Positions 29,240 through 39,819 of a DNA stretch of 46,790 bases are shown here, one piece after another. Source of the DNA: Candidatus Guanabacterium sedimentis (GTDB lineage Bacteria > Acidobacteriota > B3-B38 > Guanabaribacteriales > B3-B38); contig CABWKN010000035.1 in NCBI GenBank assembly GCA_902505605.1, forward strand, positions 1-46,790, given 5' to 3'. Below the pieces are notes generated by a model. That model did not search any database and was not told the origin of the DNA. It was given only the letters and a program-made list of their open reading frames with translations. Within the stretch, counting starts at the first letter, position 1, and each line of letters begins with the position of its first letter. Position numbers and translations under genes: made by a program.

Positions 29240-29350
29240 AAAAATACCTTCTTTTCCAATTCAATTGAGGGTTTAGATAGAGGAGAAAATAGTCCTGAAA
29301 GATAGCTAAAGCCATACGATAAAACTTAAAGAAAAGAAGATATAAAGGGA

Positions 29351-30274
29351 TTAAACCAGACCCTTTTCTTTAAGGTAGGCTTCGGCTGCTATGGCAGCCG
29401 TGGTGCCGTCGCTCATGGCATTGGTGATCTGCTTGGCTAACTGAAATCGAATATCTCCGGCAGCATAGACCCCCTCTACCGAGGTCGACATCCTATAGTC
29501 GGTCTTAATATAGCCTCTTTCGTCCAGTTGCAGATTCTTGTTGAAAAGATTGCTGTTGGGCACAAATCCAATGTAAACAAATACCCCACTGACCTCAAGG
29601 GGTCTATTTTTGCCTGTCTTCACATTCCTCAGCAAAAGTTTCTCCACTATCTCCTTTCCCTCTATATTTTCTACCACGCTATCCCAGATGACTTCTACCT
29701 TAGGATTCTTGAAAAGCTCCTCTTGCAGCTCCTTTTTAGCTCTTAAGTTCTTCCGGCGGTGAATAAGGTAAATCTTCTGGGCAAATTTACTCAAATATAT
29801 AGCCTCTTGCACCGCGGCATCCCCTCCGCCGACCACGGCGACGGTCTGTTCGGCGAAAAAGGGTCCATCGCAAAGGGCGCAATAAGAAACTCCCTTGCCC
29901 AGAAACTCTTTTTCTCCTGAAACGTCAAGCCACCTTGGCTCGCCTCCCGCTGCCAGAATTACCGCCCCTGCATGGTAGGTATCTTTTGCCGTTTTTACCA
30001 CCTTTGCATTCCTCTCACTGAGAATCTGCTTCACCTCTTCCAGCTTTATATTCGCTCCAAACTTTCGCGCATGTTGTTCCATTCGTTGGGCTAATTCAAG
30101 CCCGGAGATACTGTCAAACCCCGGACAGTTCTCAATCCTCTCGGTATTTAATATCTGACCTCCGGGCATCTTTTTCTCCAGCACCAGGGTATTGAGCTTT
30201 GCCCGGGCACAATACAGCGCAGCCGTAAGACCTGCTGGACCCCCTCCCACAATTATGATGTCGTATCTCTCCAT
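29351..30274 (-). CDS. trxB: Thioredoxin-disulfide reductase
   Basis: GGGPAGLTAA, GVSYCALCDG, GGGDAA, HRR, AAGD. Confidence 0.95.
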   Translation of the reverse strand: MERYDIIIVGGGPAGLTAALYCARAKLNTLVLEKKMPGGQILNTERIENCPGFDSISGLELAQRMEQHARKFGANIKLEEVKQILSERNAKVVKTAKDTYHAGAVILAAGGEPRWLDVSGEKEFLGKGVSYCALCDGPFFAEQTVAVVGGGDAAVQEAIYLSKFAQKIYLIHRRKNLRAKKELQEELFKNPKVEVIWDSVVENIEGKEIVEKLLLRNVKTGKNRPLEVSGVFVYIGFVPNSNLFNKNLQLDERGYIKTDYRMSTSVEGVYAAGDIRFQLAKQITNAMSDGTTAAIAAEAYLKEKGLV

Positions 30275-30306
30275 CCTCTTCTCTCAAAAAGATTGAAAAA
30301 ACCTAT

Positions 30307-30513
30307 TTAGCTGCCTGACTTCGCCTTAACGAGGATCTCGTATCCCTCTATTTGGACCTCTTCTACTTTGCAATTCTCGCGGGATTCCCGTTGCAGCAAA
30401 TTAGTCTCCTTGGTACACTTCAAGAAAGCCTCTGCGGGATTCGTGGCCACCACCAATCCCCAGCAGGGGTACTTCCCCAAATGGGAGACCACATAAAGTC
30501 TTAAGTCCGACAT
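30307..30513 (-). CDS. Hypothetical 68-aa protein with three Cys
   Basis: ATG 30513 preceded by AGGGGAG; fits between dcd and trxB without overlap. Confidence 0.6.
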   Translation of the reverse strand: MSDLRLYVVSHLGKYPCWGLVVATNPAEAFLKCTKETNLLQRESRENCKVEEVQIEGYEILVKAKSGS

Positions 30514-30569
30514 CTTTTCTCCCCTTATCTTTCCCGGAGCTGTTTTTAAATTTAATAAATGGTTAGATT

Positions 30570-31136
30570 CTATTCTGATTCCTTCACCTTCGATAAAATG
30601 ATACCCTCTTGAGCCTGATATATCCCCTTTTTGTCCCGGTATGAGCGCTCGCACTCCTCATCAGCTTCAAAAAATATCACCTGAGCTATCCCCTCGTTGG
30701 CATACAACTTGGCTGGAGAGTGAGAATGATTGGATATCTCCATGGTGATAAAGCCCTCCCATTCGGGCTCCAGGGGGGTAATGTTCAAGAGGATTCCGCA
30801 GCGGGCATAAGTAGACTTGCCCACACAGAGGGTGAACACATTCCGAGGTATCCTGAAGTATTCAACCGACCTTCCCAGGACAAATGAGTGCGGTGGGATA
30901 ATACACAATGTCCCTTCGAAGTCCTTGAAAAAACCGGGTTCTACCGCTTTAGGGTCAACCATTTGCTCCTTGTGGGGGGAGAAAAGCTTGAACTCATCTG
31001 CCAGTCGTATGTCGTATCCATAGGAGGAAAGACCGTAAGATATGACAGCTTGGCTCACCTGGGATGGTGCGAAAGGCTTGATCATATTCTGTTCCAGAGC
31101 CATTTTCTTAATCCAGCGGTCCGACTTTATCCCCAT
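30570..31136 (-). CDS. dcd: dCTP deaminase
   Basis: [41 protein letters not shown]. Confidence 0.95.
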   Translation of the reverse strand: MGIKSDRWIKKMALEQNMIKPFAPSQVSQAVISYGLSSYGYDIRLADEFKLFSPHKEQMVDPKAVEPGFFKDFEGTLCIIPPHSFVLGRSVEYFRIPRNVFTLCVGKSTYARCGILLNITPLEPEWEGFITMEISNHSHSPAKLYANEGIAQVIFFEADEECERSYRDKKGIYQAQEGIILSKVKESE

Positions 31137-31158
31137 GCTCTTCCTTTCTGGCAAAAGG

Positions 31159-33549
31159 TCAGGAGGACACTCCCCTGCTATCTCTCACAGCAATGCGCCA
31201 CACCTCGTCTATGGTGTCCACAAATTGGAATTCAAGCTCCTTTTTGATTGCTTCGGGTATCTCCTTCAGGTCTTTTTCGTTCCTGGAGGGGAGGATAATG
31301 GTTCTAATGCCCGCCCGCTTAGCCGCCAGCACCTTCTCTTTGATCCCTCCCACTGGCAGAACCTTTCCTCGGAGGGTTATTTCCCCGCTCATGGCAACAT
31401 CTGGTCGCACGGGCTTATCCATCAACAGTGAAAAAAGGGAGGTGGCAATGGTAACCCCAGCGGAGGGACCGTCTTTGGGTATAGAGCCCGCAGGGATGTG
31501 GATGTGGAGGTCGTACTTATCAAAGAAGTCCTCAGCAATTCCCAGGCTATCAGCCCTGGAGCGTATGTAGCTGAGGGCAGCCTCGGCGGATTCCTTCATA
31601 ACATCACCCAACTGCCCGGTGAGCTTGAGGGATTTTTTCCCTCGCATCCTGGTAGATTCCACAAATACAATATCCCCTCCGCTTGGAGTCCAGGCGACTC
31701 CAACAGCTACCCCGGGGACATTGGTTCGCTCGGCTGTTTCCGAGAAGAACCTTATCGGTCCCAGAAAATCGGAAACATTATCGGCGGTAATCCGTACCTT
31801 ATCTACCTTGCCTATGGCTGCATTCTTGGCTATTTTGCGACAGATAGAAGCTATCTCCCGCTCCAGATTGCGGAGTCCTGCTTCGCGGGTGTAATCCCTT
31901 ATTATGGCAATAACAGCTTCATCGCCGAACTCTATATGGTTGCTCTTCAGCCCATGGGCTTCCAGTTGTCTGGGTATGAGGAACTGCCTGGCTATCATCA
32001 GCTTCTCCTCCTGTGTATAACCCGGCAGCTCTGAGACTTCCATTCTGTCCCTGAGGGCGGGGGGAATGGGGTCTAGCAAATTAGCGGTAGTGATAAACAG
32101 CACCTTGGATAGGTTAAAGGGTACCTCCAGATAGTGGTCGGAGAAGGAGAAGTTCTGCTCCGGGTCGAGCACTTCCAAAAGGGCAGCCGCAGGGTCTCCG
32201 CGAAAGTCAGCTCCCAGTTTGTCAATCTCATCGAGCATGAAGACTGGATTGGAGGACTCCGCCTTTCTTATCCACTGAATAATCCTCCCCGGTAGGGCGC
32301 CGATGTATGTTCTGCGATGACCCCGAACTTCCGCTTCGTCTCTTATCCCTCCCAGAGAGAGGCGGATAAACTTCCTTCCCATAGCCCGGGCGATAGAACG
32401 TCCCAGGGAGGTCTTTCCGGTACCAGGGGGTCCCACAAAGCAGAGGATGGGTCCTTTCACATCTGGCTTCAGCTTTCTGACCGCCAGATACTCCAGAATT
32501 CTCTCCTTAACCTTTTCCAGATTGTAATGGTCCTCGTCCAGGACCTTCTGGGCCTGCTCGATATTGAGATTGTCCTCGGTAAAGACCGACCAGGGAAGAG
32601 AGACCAGCCAATCGAGATAGGTTCGCGACACAGTATACTCAGCAGAAGCGGGTGTCATCTTTTCCAACCGGCTAAGCTCCTTGATAACTTCGCTCTCCAC
32701 CTCTGGGGGCATTTTCGCTTTCCTTATCTTCTTCTTGAACTCCTGAATCTCCATTGCTCGCTCATCTCCTACTCCAAGTTCCTTCTGGATAGCTTTTAGC
32801 TGCTGGCGGAGGAAAAACTCTCGCTGGGCTTGACTCACCTCGCTCTCGATCTGGGACTGGATGCGAGAGCCCATCTTGAGAATCTCCAGCTCTTTGCTGA
32901 GCAGGAGGGTCACCTTCTCCAGCCTTTCCTTCACCTCAGGGGTTTCCAGAACCACCTGCTTATCGGGGAGTTTGGATTCCAGATTGGATATCACAAAATC
33001 AGCCAGCCTACCCGGCTCTTTGATGTTAAGCACAGCAATCTTCGTTTCATCGGGGAGGCTGGGATTAAGTGAGATATAATTGGAGAACTGATTAACCACA
33101 TTCTTCATCAGGGCTTCTAACTCGTCAGAGACGATTAAAATATCGTAAAAGGGCTCTACCTCAGCTGTCATATAGGGCTCGATCTGAAGAAACTTCTTGA
33201 TTTTTATCCGCCTTAGCCCTTGAATAATTATCCTTTCCGTGTTGTCGGGAAATTTCAGCATCTTTAACACCACAGCAGCAGCACCCACCTGATAGAGGTC
33301 TTTGGGTTTCGGCTCTTCGATTTTGGGGTCTTTTTGAGCGACCACTCCCAGAAGCTTGTCCTTCACGAGGATATCGTCCAAGAGCTTGATCGAGCTTCGT
33401 CTGGAAATTATCAAGGGAAGAACAAGAAAAGGGTACACCACAACTTCCCTTAAAGGGAGTATGGGCAACACAGAGGGAATCTCTATCTGTTCGCCCTCCT
33501 TATCTCCATTTTTCATCTTTTCCAAGATGTCTTTCATTTCATCGCTCAT
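31159..33549 (-). CDS. lon: ATP-dependent protease Lon
   Basis: LPILPLR N-domain; GPPGTGKT; LDEIDK; PKDGPSAG (Ser); GGIKEK (Lys). Confidence 0.97.
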   Translation of the reverse strand: MSDEMKDILEKMKNGDKEGEQIEIPSVLPILPLREVVVYPFLVLPLIISRRSSIKLLDDILVKDKLLGVVAQKDPKIEEPKPKDLYQVGAAAVVLKMLKFPDNTERIIIQGLRRIKIKKFLQIEPYMTAEVEPFYDILIVSDELEALMKNVVNQFSNYISLNPSLPDETKIAVLNIKEPGRLADFVISNLESKLPDKQVVLETPEVKERLEKVTLLLSKELEILKMGSRIQSQIESEVSQAQREFFLRQQLKAIQKELGVGDERAMEIQEFKKKIRKAKMPPEVESEVIKELSRLEKMTPASAEYTVSRTYLDWLVSLPWSVFTEDNLNIEQAQKVLDEDHYNLEKVKERILEYLAVRKLKPDVKGPILCFVGPPGTGKTSLGRSIARAMGRKFIRLSLGGIRDEAEVRGHRRTYIGALPGRIIQWIRKAESSNPVFMLDEIDKLGADFRGDPAAALLEVLDPEQNFSFSDHYLEVPFNLSKVLFITTANLLDPIPPALRDRMEVSELPGYTQEEKLMIARQFLIPRQLEAHGLKSNHIEFGDEAVIAIIRDYTREAGLRNLEREIASICRKIAKNAAIGKVDKVRITADNVSDFLGPIRFFSETAERTNVPGVAVGVAWTPSGGDIVFVESTRMRGKKSLKLTGQLGDVMKESAEAALSYIRSRADSLGIAEDFFDKYDLHIHIPAGSIPKDGPSAGVTIATSLFSLLMDKPVRPDVAMSGEITLRGKVLPVGGIKEKVLAAKRAGIRTIILPSRNEKDLKEIPEAIKKELEFQFVDTIDEVWRIAVRDSRGVSS

Positions 33550-33612
33550 AACACAGCTCCTCTGGGAAGCTCTGCATTAACATCCTGGTATAAGAGGTGT
33601 TCTGGTGGCGCC

Positions 33613-34056
33613 TCAATCTGTAATTATCTCTATCTTTTCATTCCTTCCCTTGCGCAGTTTAGTAAGGGTTATTTGCAAAAAGCCCCGCCGATACATGGCC
33701 GAAATCCTGTCCTTGTCAACCTGAACGGGGATGACAACCGACCGCTCAAAATTGCCAAAATCTATCTCCATCTGGTGCAATCGAACCTTGGGGGTGGAGG
33801 TCATATCCCGGCGAGTTCCCACTATGCGGAGGGAATCGCCGTCAAAAGTTACCTCAATCTCTTCCTTAGTAACGCCAGCGAGGTCTACCATAACTATGAT
33901 CTCATTGGCAGTCTCATAAACGTCGACGGCGGGCTTCCATTTATTGCTCAAGGGAAGACGAAATAACCCAGGAGTAAGCCTTCTGGATGTGGATTCAAAG
34001 AAGTCTTCAAACTTCTTGTGAAGCTCCCAAAAATCTTCTTCAAATTTACCTTTCAT
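33613..34056 (-). CDS. Hsp20/alpha-crystallin small heat-shock protein
   Basis: WKPAVDVYET, DLAGV, EIDFGNFER, AMYRRGFLQITL. Confidence 0.93.
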   Translation of the reverse strand: MKGKFEEDFWELHKKFEDFFESTSRRLTPGLFRLPLSNKWKPAVDVYETANEIIVMVDLAGVTKEEIEVTFDGDSLRIVGTRRDMTSTPKVRLHQMEIDFGNFERSVVIPVQVDKDRISAMYRRGFLQITLTKLRKGRNEKIEIITD

Positions 34057-34299
34057 AAGCCTTTTTACTTATCGGCAATCATCATGCTGAGAATTTAATT
34101 GTCGCTGAGGCTCTTGTATTTCAGCCTTAAAATCTACTCAAAAAGCTCAAAAGTATCGGGAGGTCTTCCTAAAAAATCTTCCCTCTTAAACTTAAAATTA
34201 ATTGGGAAGAAAAATGGGTCACTTAGGCCCATTTTAAGAAAACCCCCCGGTTTATGGGCTTTTATTATCTACTTTTTGGTTTATACTTGGAATCCCTTC

Positions 34300-34704
34300 C
34301 TATGCCTGCTGGCTGAAATCTGCCAAAGTTGTATTTACCAGAACATCGGTCAGATTCTGCTGGGCTTTGCTCCAGACCTGCTTTATGCCACAACTGCTTT
34401 CGCATTCGCATTTATAATCATCGCTGAGACATCTATTAATAGCTAATGGACCGTTAATTGCTTCGAGAACATCTAAGAAATTGATCTCTCTGGCTGGCTT
34501 GGCGAGCAAGAACCCTCCCTGGGAACCCCGATGAGACCTCACCAGTCCTTCTTTCATCAGATGTAACAGAATTTTGGCTAAAAATTGCTTCGGAATTTTC
34601 GTTTTCTTGGAAATTTCCCGCAGAACCACAGGGCGATTTACTGGCTGAGAAGAGAGGTAGAGCAATGCTCGAAAGCCATATTCTACCTTTCTGGTTATTT
34701 TCAT
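34300..34704 (-). CDS. Rrf2-family transcriptional regulator with Cys ligands
   Basis: EYGFRALLYL, FLAKIL, SHRGSQGGFLLA, CLSDDYKCECESSC. Confidence 0.93.
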   Translation of the reverse strand: MKITRKVEYGFRALLYLSSQPVNRPVVLREISKKTKIPKQFLAKILLHLMKEGLVRSHRGSQGGFLLAKPAREINFLDVLEAINGPLAINRCLSDDYKCECESSCGIKQVWSKAQQNLTDVLVNTTLADFSQQA

Positions 34705-34739
34705 AGATGCTTCTCTATAGATAATCAGCTTTTTATCAT

Positions 34740-36044
34740 TTATTTAGTAGACTTAGTGTTATCCTTTTTTATTTCCCTCTGACTGTCCATTTTTATAGAG
34801 CAGAACTTTCCGCACATGCTGCACACCTTATCTATGTATGTTTCACTCTGTCTCCTCATCTCACGGGCACGCTGCGGATCGATAGCCAGTTTATACATCC
34901 CTTCCCAGTCTAAGGCTTTTCTTTTTCCAGACATATCCTCGTCGAGCTCTTTTGCACCTTTTACCCCTTTGACCACATCGCCACAATGAGCGGCAATCCT
35001 GGCGGCAGTGACCCCCTCCCTCACATCTTCTACCGTTGGCAATCGCAGATGCTCTGCAGGGGTGACATAACAGAGGAAATCGGCTCCCGCCGCTGCAGCT
35101 ATTGCTCCTCCGATAGCGGCGGTGATGTGGTCGTAGCCGGGGGCAATATCAATAGGCAAGGGACCCAACACATAGAATGGAGCCCCTCGGCATAGGGCTT
35201 TCTCCAGCTGTACATTAAGAACTATCTGATCCAGAGGGATGTGTCCGGGACCTTCAATCATCACCTGGACATCCTGGTCAAAGGCGTAGCGGGCTAATTC
35301 TCCCAGGGTCACCAGTTCCTGAACCTGGCAGCGGTCGGTGGCATCGGCTATCGCTCCCGGGCGAAGACCATCTCCCAGGCTCAAGGTCACATCATAGTTT
35401 CTGGCTATTTCCACCAGCCGCCCAAAATCCTGGTAGAGAGGATTTTCACGGTCGTGACGCTTCATCCAGTGGATAAGAAAAGCGCCACCCCGGCTGACTA
35501 CACCTCCTATTCTTCCTTGTTTCTCCAGCCTCTCCACCGAGTCGCGGGTGACCCCGCAGTGGACGGTGATGAAGTCAACCCCCTGCTGAGCGTGCTTTTC
35601 TATTACGGAAAAGATGTCATTGGGGGTAATCTCACCATAGGGTTCCCCCCGGCAAGCAAACTCCACCATTACCTGATAAATAGGGACAGTCCCCACCATT
35701 AAGGGTGAGTGTTTCAATATCTCCTGTCGAATGGCATCGAGGTCTCCACCAGTGCTCAGGTCCATAACAGAATCTGCTTTGGCTTCTATCGCTGCTTTTA
35801 ACTTTTCCAGTTCTTCTTCCATGAGGTTGTGGACTTCCGATGTTCCAAAATTGGCATTCACCTTGGTTTTCAAACCTTTGCCTATTCCTCGTGGGTTGAA
35901 CTTGCGGTTAATGTTTTTGGGTATTACTATGCTCCCTTTGGCAACTCCTTCAGCTATTACTTCGGGCTCCAGATGCTCGTCCTCAGCAACCTGCCTCATT
36001 TCTTCGGTGATTATCGCTCTTTTAGCCTGAGCTAATTGAGTCAT
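34740..36044 (-). CDS. thiC: Phosphomethylpyrimidine synthase ThiC (short anaerobic type; a Bza paralogue cannot be excluded)
   Basis: [58 protein letters not shown]. Confidence 0.85.
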   Translation of the reverse strand: MTQLAQAKRAIITEEMRQVAEDEHLEPEVIAEGVAKGSIVIPKNINRKFNPRGIGKGLKTKVNANFGTSEVHNLMEEELEKLKAAIEAKADSVMDLSTGGDLDAIRQEILKHSPLMVGTVPIYQVMVEFACRGEPYGEITPNDIFSVIEKHAQQGVDFITVHCGVTRDSVERLEKQGRIGGVVSRGGAFLIHWMKRHDRENPLYQDFGRLVEIARNYDVTLSLGDGLRPGAIADATDRCQVQELVTLGELARYAFDQDVQVMIEGPGHIPLDQIVLNVQLEKALCRGAPFYVLGPLPIDIAPGYDHITAAIGGAIAAAAGADFLCYVTPAEHLRLPTVEDVREGVTAARIAAHCGDVVKGVKGAKELDEDMSGKRKALDWEGMYKLAIDPQRAREMRRQSETYIDKVCSMCGKFCSIKMDSQREIKKDNTKSTK

Positions 36045-36088
36045 TATTCTCTCCTAAGCTAAATTTTCTCATAAATCAAATATAAAGC

Positions 36089-36109
36089 TCTTGAGGCATA
36101 AATTCAAGA
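36089..36109. promoter_or_regulatory. Operator-like inverted repeat upstream of thiC-rrf2
   Basis: TCTTGA-N9-TCAAGA, 45-65 bp upstream of the thiC start. Confidence 0.4.
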
Positions 36110-36185
36110 TAGTTTCCTCTTTTATTATAATGCAATCTTCCACCCTCTTCCAGTCAAAATATTTAACTCCTATAAGGGATTTACT

Positions 36186-36407
36186 TTATCGGCGGCAGGT
36201 AGCGCACGAGGTGAGAGAACAGGAATTGCAGCTATTACTGGGAGAAGAGGAGGTAAAGCCTTTATCGCTTTTAAAAGCAAACGTGGAGAGGAGCTTCTCT
36301 ACTTTTCGGCTCCTGCATTTAGGACAGGAAATGGTAATCTCTCTTTTCAATACCAACTTCTCAAATTTATTTCCACAGGAAAGACAACTATATTCAAATA
36401 TAGGCAT
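36186..36407 (-). CDS. FmdB-family zinc-ribbon protein with Cys-rich tail
   Basis: MPIFEYSCLSCG..FE, CPKCRS, KLLSTF; tail CNSCSLTSCATC. Confidence 0.9.
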   Translation of the reverse strand: MPIFEYSCLSCGNKFEKLVLKREITISCPKCRSRKVEKLLSTFAFKSDKGFTSSSPSNSCNSCSLTSCATCRR

Positions 36408-36461
36408 AATAAGTTAAGCTCTCTCGTTTAAGGAGTAAAAAATCTTCTTTTTTTCTCTCCC

Positions 36462-37400
36462 TTAAATCTCTTCGCCCGCATCTTTCAGGAGCTGGTTCCA
36501 TATCCGATCAACTTCGACCTGGATGCTTTCCAGCAGCTCCTCATTTTCGGGTCGGAGCAGATGCTTAAACCTCCCCTGATCTTTAAACCATTCTACCACG
36601 GGTATTTTCTTCCTGGGCTTATAGGTGATGCGCACCACGCCGCTTTCCACCTCATAAAGAGGCCAGAAGCAGCTGTCCACTGCTCGCTGGACAAACTCCA
36701 GCCCCCTTGCGGGGTCGGCATGCCAACCGGTGGGACAGTTGCACAGCACATTAATAAACGCAGGACCCTCTATCTCGAATGCCCGGTAAGCCTTCTTCAT
36801 CAGGTCCAACCACTTGGAAGGAGCAGCCTGAGCTGTATAAGGGATATGGTGAGCTGCCATGATGCGGGTGAGGTCTTTGCGTAACTGTTGTTTCCCCTGA
36901 AGCACTTTCCCCACCTCGGATGTGGTTGTTCGGGCACCCGTAGGGGTTGCGCTGGAGCGCTGCCCACCGGTATTCATATACCCTTCGTTATCGAGGCAGA
37001 CATAGACGATATTGTGTCCCCGCTCAGCCGCACCGGAAAGGGCCTGGAAGCCTATGTCGTAAGTTCCTCCATCACCCCCGAAGGCCAGGAACTTTATCTT
37101 CCTTTCCTTGGGTATCTCTCCTCTTCTTACCTTTGCCCGATACATACTCTCCAAACCAGCTATGGTGGAGGCTGCATTGGGGAACGCGGAGTGAATCCAG
37201 GGGACCTTCCAGGAGGATTGGGGAAAGGTTCCCGTGCATATCTCCAAACAACCAGTGGCATTGGCTATTACCACTGGCTCCTCAAAGGACGCCATTATCT
37301 GCCTGACAGTGAGGGCTATACCACAGCCTGGGCACATCTTATGCCCTTGAGCTAAACGCTCTTCTCTGGTGGCAATATCTTTCAATTTGAAGCTGACCAT
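36462..37400 (-). CDS. porB: Pyruvate/2-oxoacid:ferredoxin oxidoreductase beta subunit
   Basis: GHKMCPGCG, ATGCLE, TPP motif GGDGG...DNEGYMNTG, CPTGW. Confidence 0.93.
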   Translation of the reverse strand: MVSFKLKDIATREERLAQGHKMCPGCGIALTVRQIMASFEEPVVIANATGCLEICTGTFPQSSWKVPWIHSAFPNAASTIAGLESMYRAKVRRGEIPKERKIKFLAFGGDGGTYDIGFQALSGAAERGHNIVYVCLDNEGYMNTGGQRSSATPTGARTTTSEVGKVLQGKQQLRKDLTRIMAAHHIPYTAQAAPSKWLDLMKKAYRAFEIEGPAFINVLCNCPTGWHADPARGLEFVQRAVDSCFWPLYEVESGVVRITYKPRKKIPVVEWFKDQGRFKHLLRPENEELLESIQVEVDRIWNQLLKDAGEEI

Positions 37401-37415
37401 CTTATTTCTCCTTCC

Positions 37416-38630
37416 TTACTCTCTCAAGTTGAGGAAATCTACCAATTTTCCTCGTTCGCCGGTTCTGGCAATTTCACGGAGCCGAAGGTAAACATCCTTG
37501 ATATGTTTTAAGGGCAAGTCTTTTCCGCCGAGACCATAGATGTAATTTATGACCTGGGGAGGAGACTTTTCTTCGTAAAGAGCAGTTCTCACTTCAAGAA
37601 AGAGGGGTCCACCCTGGGCTCCCCCGGTTCCACATCGGTCCAAAACAGCTACGCTTTTCGTCCGGGAGAGGCTCTTGGCTACCTCGTCAGCGGGGAAGGG
37701 GCGAAAAGCTCGAATCTTCAATAGACCAGCCGCTATACCTTCTTCTCTCAGCTGATCAATCGCACCTTTGACGCTGCCTGCAGTAGCGCTCATCACCACA
37801 ATGGCATATTCAGTATCTTCCATCCGATATTCCTCTACCAGGCCATAATACCTTCCCGTGAGATCTCCATATTCCTTTCCTATTTGCGTGATCACCTCGG
37901 GGGCATTAATTATCCCCACTAACTGGCTTCTTTTGTGTTCCATATAATAATCGGGTCTATCGGCCGCTCCATAGAGGACCGGATTATCAATGTCAAGCAT
38001 CGGATACGAGGGGATATGTTCGCCGATAAACTTTTTGACCAGCTTATCCGGCTCAACTATCAAGGTCTCCACCATATGGGAGGTCTGAAAGCCATCTATA
38101 GCTACCAGCACCGGGGTGCGAACATTGGGATTCTCCGCAATCCTGAATGCCTGAATGGTGTTATCATAAGCCTCCTGGCAGTTCTCGGAATAGAGATGGA
38201 TCCACCCCATATCTCGCATGGCCATGGTGTCGCTGTGGTCTCCATGGATATTTAATGGTGAGTTCAGGGCTCGATTGGCAATTGCCATCACCAGAGGAAG
38301 CCGAAGCCCTGAAGCTACTCCCAGTACTTCGAACATATAAGCCAGCCCTTGCGAGCCGGTAACCGTCATCACTCTTCCACCTCCGGCAGCTGCTCCGACG
38401 CAGGCGCTCATGGCACTGTGCTCGCTCTCGGTGGCCACAAACTCGGTATCCACCAGCCCATCGGCAACAAAGCGAGCGAAGGCTTCCACGACCTGGGTGG
38501 AAGGAGTAATGGGATAAGCAGCTACCACATGGGGATTGATCTGGCGCATAGCCTCGGCGATGGCATCGTCTCCCATCAGGAAGACCCTCCTTTTCTTGGA
38601 TTTCGTTTCTTCCATAGTTCCTTTTTCCAT
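37416..38630 (-). CDS. porA: Pyruvate/2-oxoacid:ferredoxin oxidoreductase alpha subunit
   Basis: AAYPITPST, ESEHSA, SQGL, NRAL, DHSD, FRPFP, YGLGG. Confidence 0.93.
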   Translation of the reverse strand: MEKGTMEETKSKKRRVFLMGDDAIAEAMRQINPHVVAAYPITPSTQVVEAFARFVADGLVDTEFVATESEHSAMSACVGAAAGGGRVMTVTGSQGLAYMFEVLGVASGLRLPLVMAIANRALNSPLNIHGDHSDTMAMRDMGWIHLYSENCQEAYDNTIQAFRIAENPNVRTPVLVAIDGFQTSHMVETLIVEPDKLVKKFIGEHIPSYPMLDIDNPVLYGAADRPDYYMEHKRSQLVGIINAPEVITQIGKEYGDLTGRYYGLVEEYRMEDTEYAIVVMSATAGSVKGAIDQLREEGIAAGLLKIRAFRPFPADEVAKSLSRTKSVAVLDRCGTGGAQGGPLFLEVRTALYEEKSPPQVINYIYGLGGKDLPLKHIKDVYLRLREIARTGERGKLVDFLNLRE

Positions 38631-38696
38631 CGGTTATTCTCCAGCTTTTCGAAATTTAAGGTTAACAGCCCGGATTTTTCAATCCGAGCATTTCTG

Positions 38697-38996
38697 TTAG
38701 GCTACCTCCTCAGAGATAATTTCCAGCGATTTAGGCTTGGTGGGGCACACTTCTACGCAAATGCCGCAGACCTTGCAGTGATAATTATCTATCCCTATCA
38801 CTTTGCTATCCTCAACCTTGATGGAAGCGTCGGGACAGTTAATCCAACACAGAAGACAATGAGTGCAGGTATCCTCATTCCATACCAAACGGTTGGGGTT
38901 CCAATCCCCGGTCTGGGTTTCTGACGAATTTCCCATATCCAGTATGAGCCCACCTATCGGTAGCTCCTGCCATTTCTTAAGCTTCTCTTTTTTCAT
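38697..38996 (-). CDS. porD: 2-oxoacid:ferredoxin oxidoreductase delta subunit (2x[4Fe-4S])
   Basis: TGDW; CTHCLLCWINCP; CKVCGICVEVCP. Confidence 0.93.
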   Translation of the reverse strand: MKKEKLKKWQELPIGGLILDMGNSSETQTGDWNPNRLVWNEDTCTHCLLCWINCPDASIKVEDSKVIGIDNYHCKVCGICVEVCPTKPKSLEIISEEVA

Positions 38997-39565
38997 GCTT
39001 GTTTCACCTCCTCGTAGCCCCGTTTGGCAGCTTTCAGGTTTCCTTCGATTATCTTAGAAGTGAATTTCTTACCCATTAGGGCTCGGAATTTTTCGTTAAA
39101 GTTATCAATATCAGCCAGATTGGTGACCTTCACCAGGGCACCTAACATAGGGGTATTAGGGATGTCTACTCCAATCTCGTCAAGGGCTATTTTGCTTCCG
39201 TCGAGGACATAAAACCTTCTTTCTCCTATATTAAGCTTCTGGCGCAATTCGTCCTGCTGGCGATTGGAATTGATGATAACAATGGCATTCGGGGGCGCCC
39301 CTTCGCACACATCCACCGTTCGGAGGAGTGTCTGGTCTAATACTAAGATCAGCTGAGGCTCCTCAATTCGGCTATGGATACGAATGGGACTATCGCTGAT
39401 GCGGTCGAAAGCTTCCACCGGGGCTCCTCTCTTCTCGGCACCGTATTCGGGATACGCCTGGGTGTATTTTCCCAATTCGCCAAGAATCTGGGCCAAGTTG
39501 TTTGCCGCCATTACTGCCCCCTGTCCAGCACGGCCATGCCATCGAATTTCTAATACCTTACTCAT
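38993..39565 (-). CDS. porC: 2-oxoacid:ferredoxin oxidoreductase gamma subunit
   Basis: EIRWHGRAGQG, YGAEKRGAP, NTPMLGA; start moved to ATG 39565 behind GGAGGAG. Confidence 0.93.
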   Translation of the reverse strand: MSKVLEIRWHGRAGQGAVMAANNLAQILGELGKYTQAYPEYGAEKRGAPVEAFDRISDSPIRIHSRIEEPQLILVLDQTLLRTVDVCEGAPPNAIVIINSNRQQDELRQKLNIGERRFYVLDGSKIALDEIGVDIPNTPMLGALVKVTNLADIDNFNEKFRALMGKKFTSKIIEGNLKAAKRGYEEVKQA

Positions 39566-39721
39566 ATCTTCTCCTCCTGCCTTAATACCTGAAAATAACA
39601 CTCAAAATAATAAAAGGGCATTAAAACCCTTTTCAGAACTCTTAACCACGCTTTTAATCAATACTTCAATTGTTTAAATAATAGCAGCCTCTTGCTCACA
39701 CTATGCTCTAAAAAGCTTAAT

Positions 39722-39730
39722 ATTATAGCA
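39722..39730 (-). promoter_or_regulatory. Extended -10 element upstream of the por operon
   Basis: TGCTATAAT on the minus strand in the iscU-porC spacer. Confidence 0.4.
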
Positions 39731-39819
39731 CAGATTTTTGCAACTGCCTAATAAATTAAAGCTGTCATAAAAATCTATATCATTCCCCTGAGTAAATTTA
39801 TCTGCCGCTGGGGGGGTGT

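Noticed and set aside
33603-33612. GGCGCCACCA on the minus strand looks like a tRNA acceptor end
   Set aside because: It directly follows the hsp20 stop, with no T-loop or cloverleaf
34057-34200. CIRCE/HrcA heat-shock operator upstream of hsp20-lon
   Set aside because: No TTAGCACTC-N9-GAGTGCTAA match found
34266-34285. Second IscR-like site downstream of rrf2 (TATCTACTTTTTGGTTTATA)
   Set aside because: Spacing is one base off and the symmetry is weak compared with the iscS site
34099-34446. 115-aa plus-strand ORF across the rrf2-hsp20 spacer
   Set aside because: Antisense overlap with rrf2, no SD and no recognisable motif
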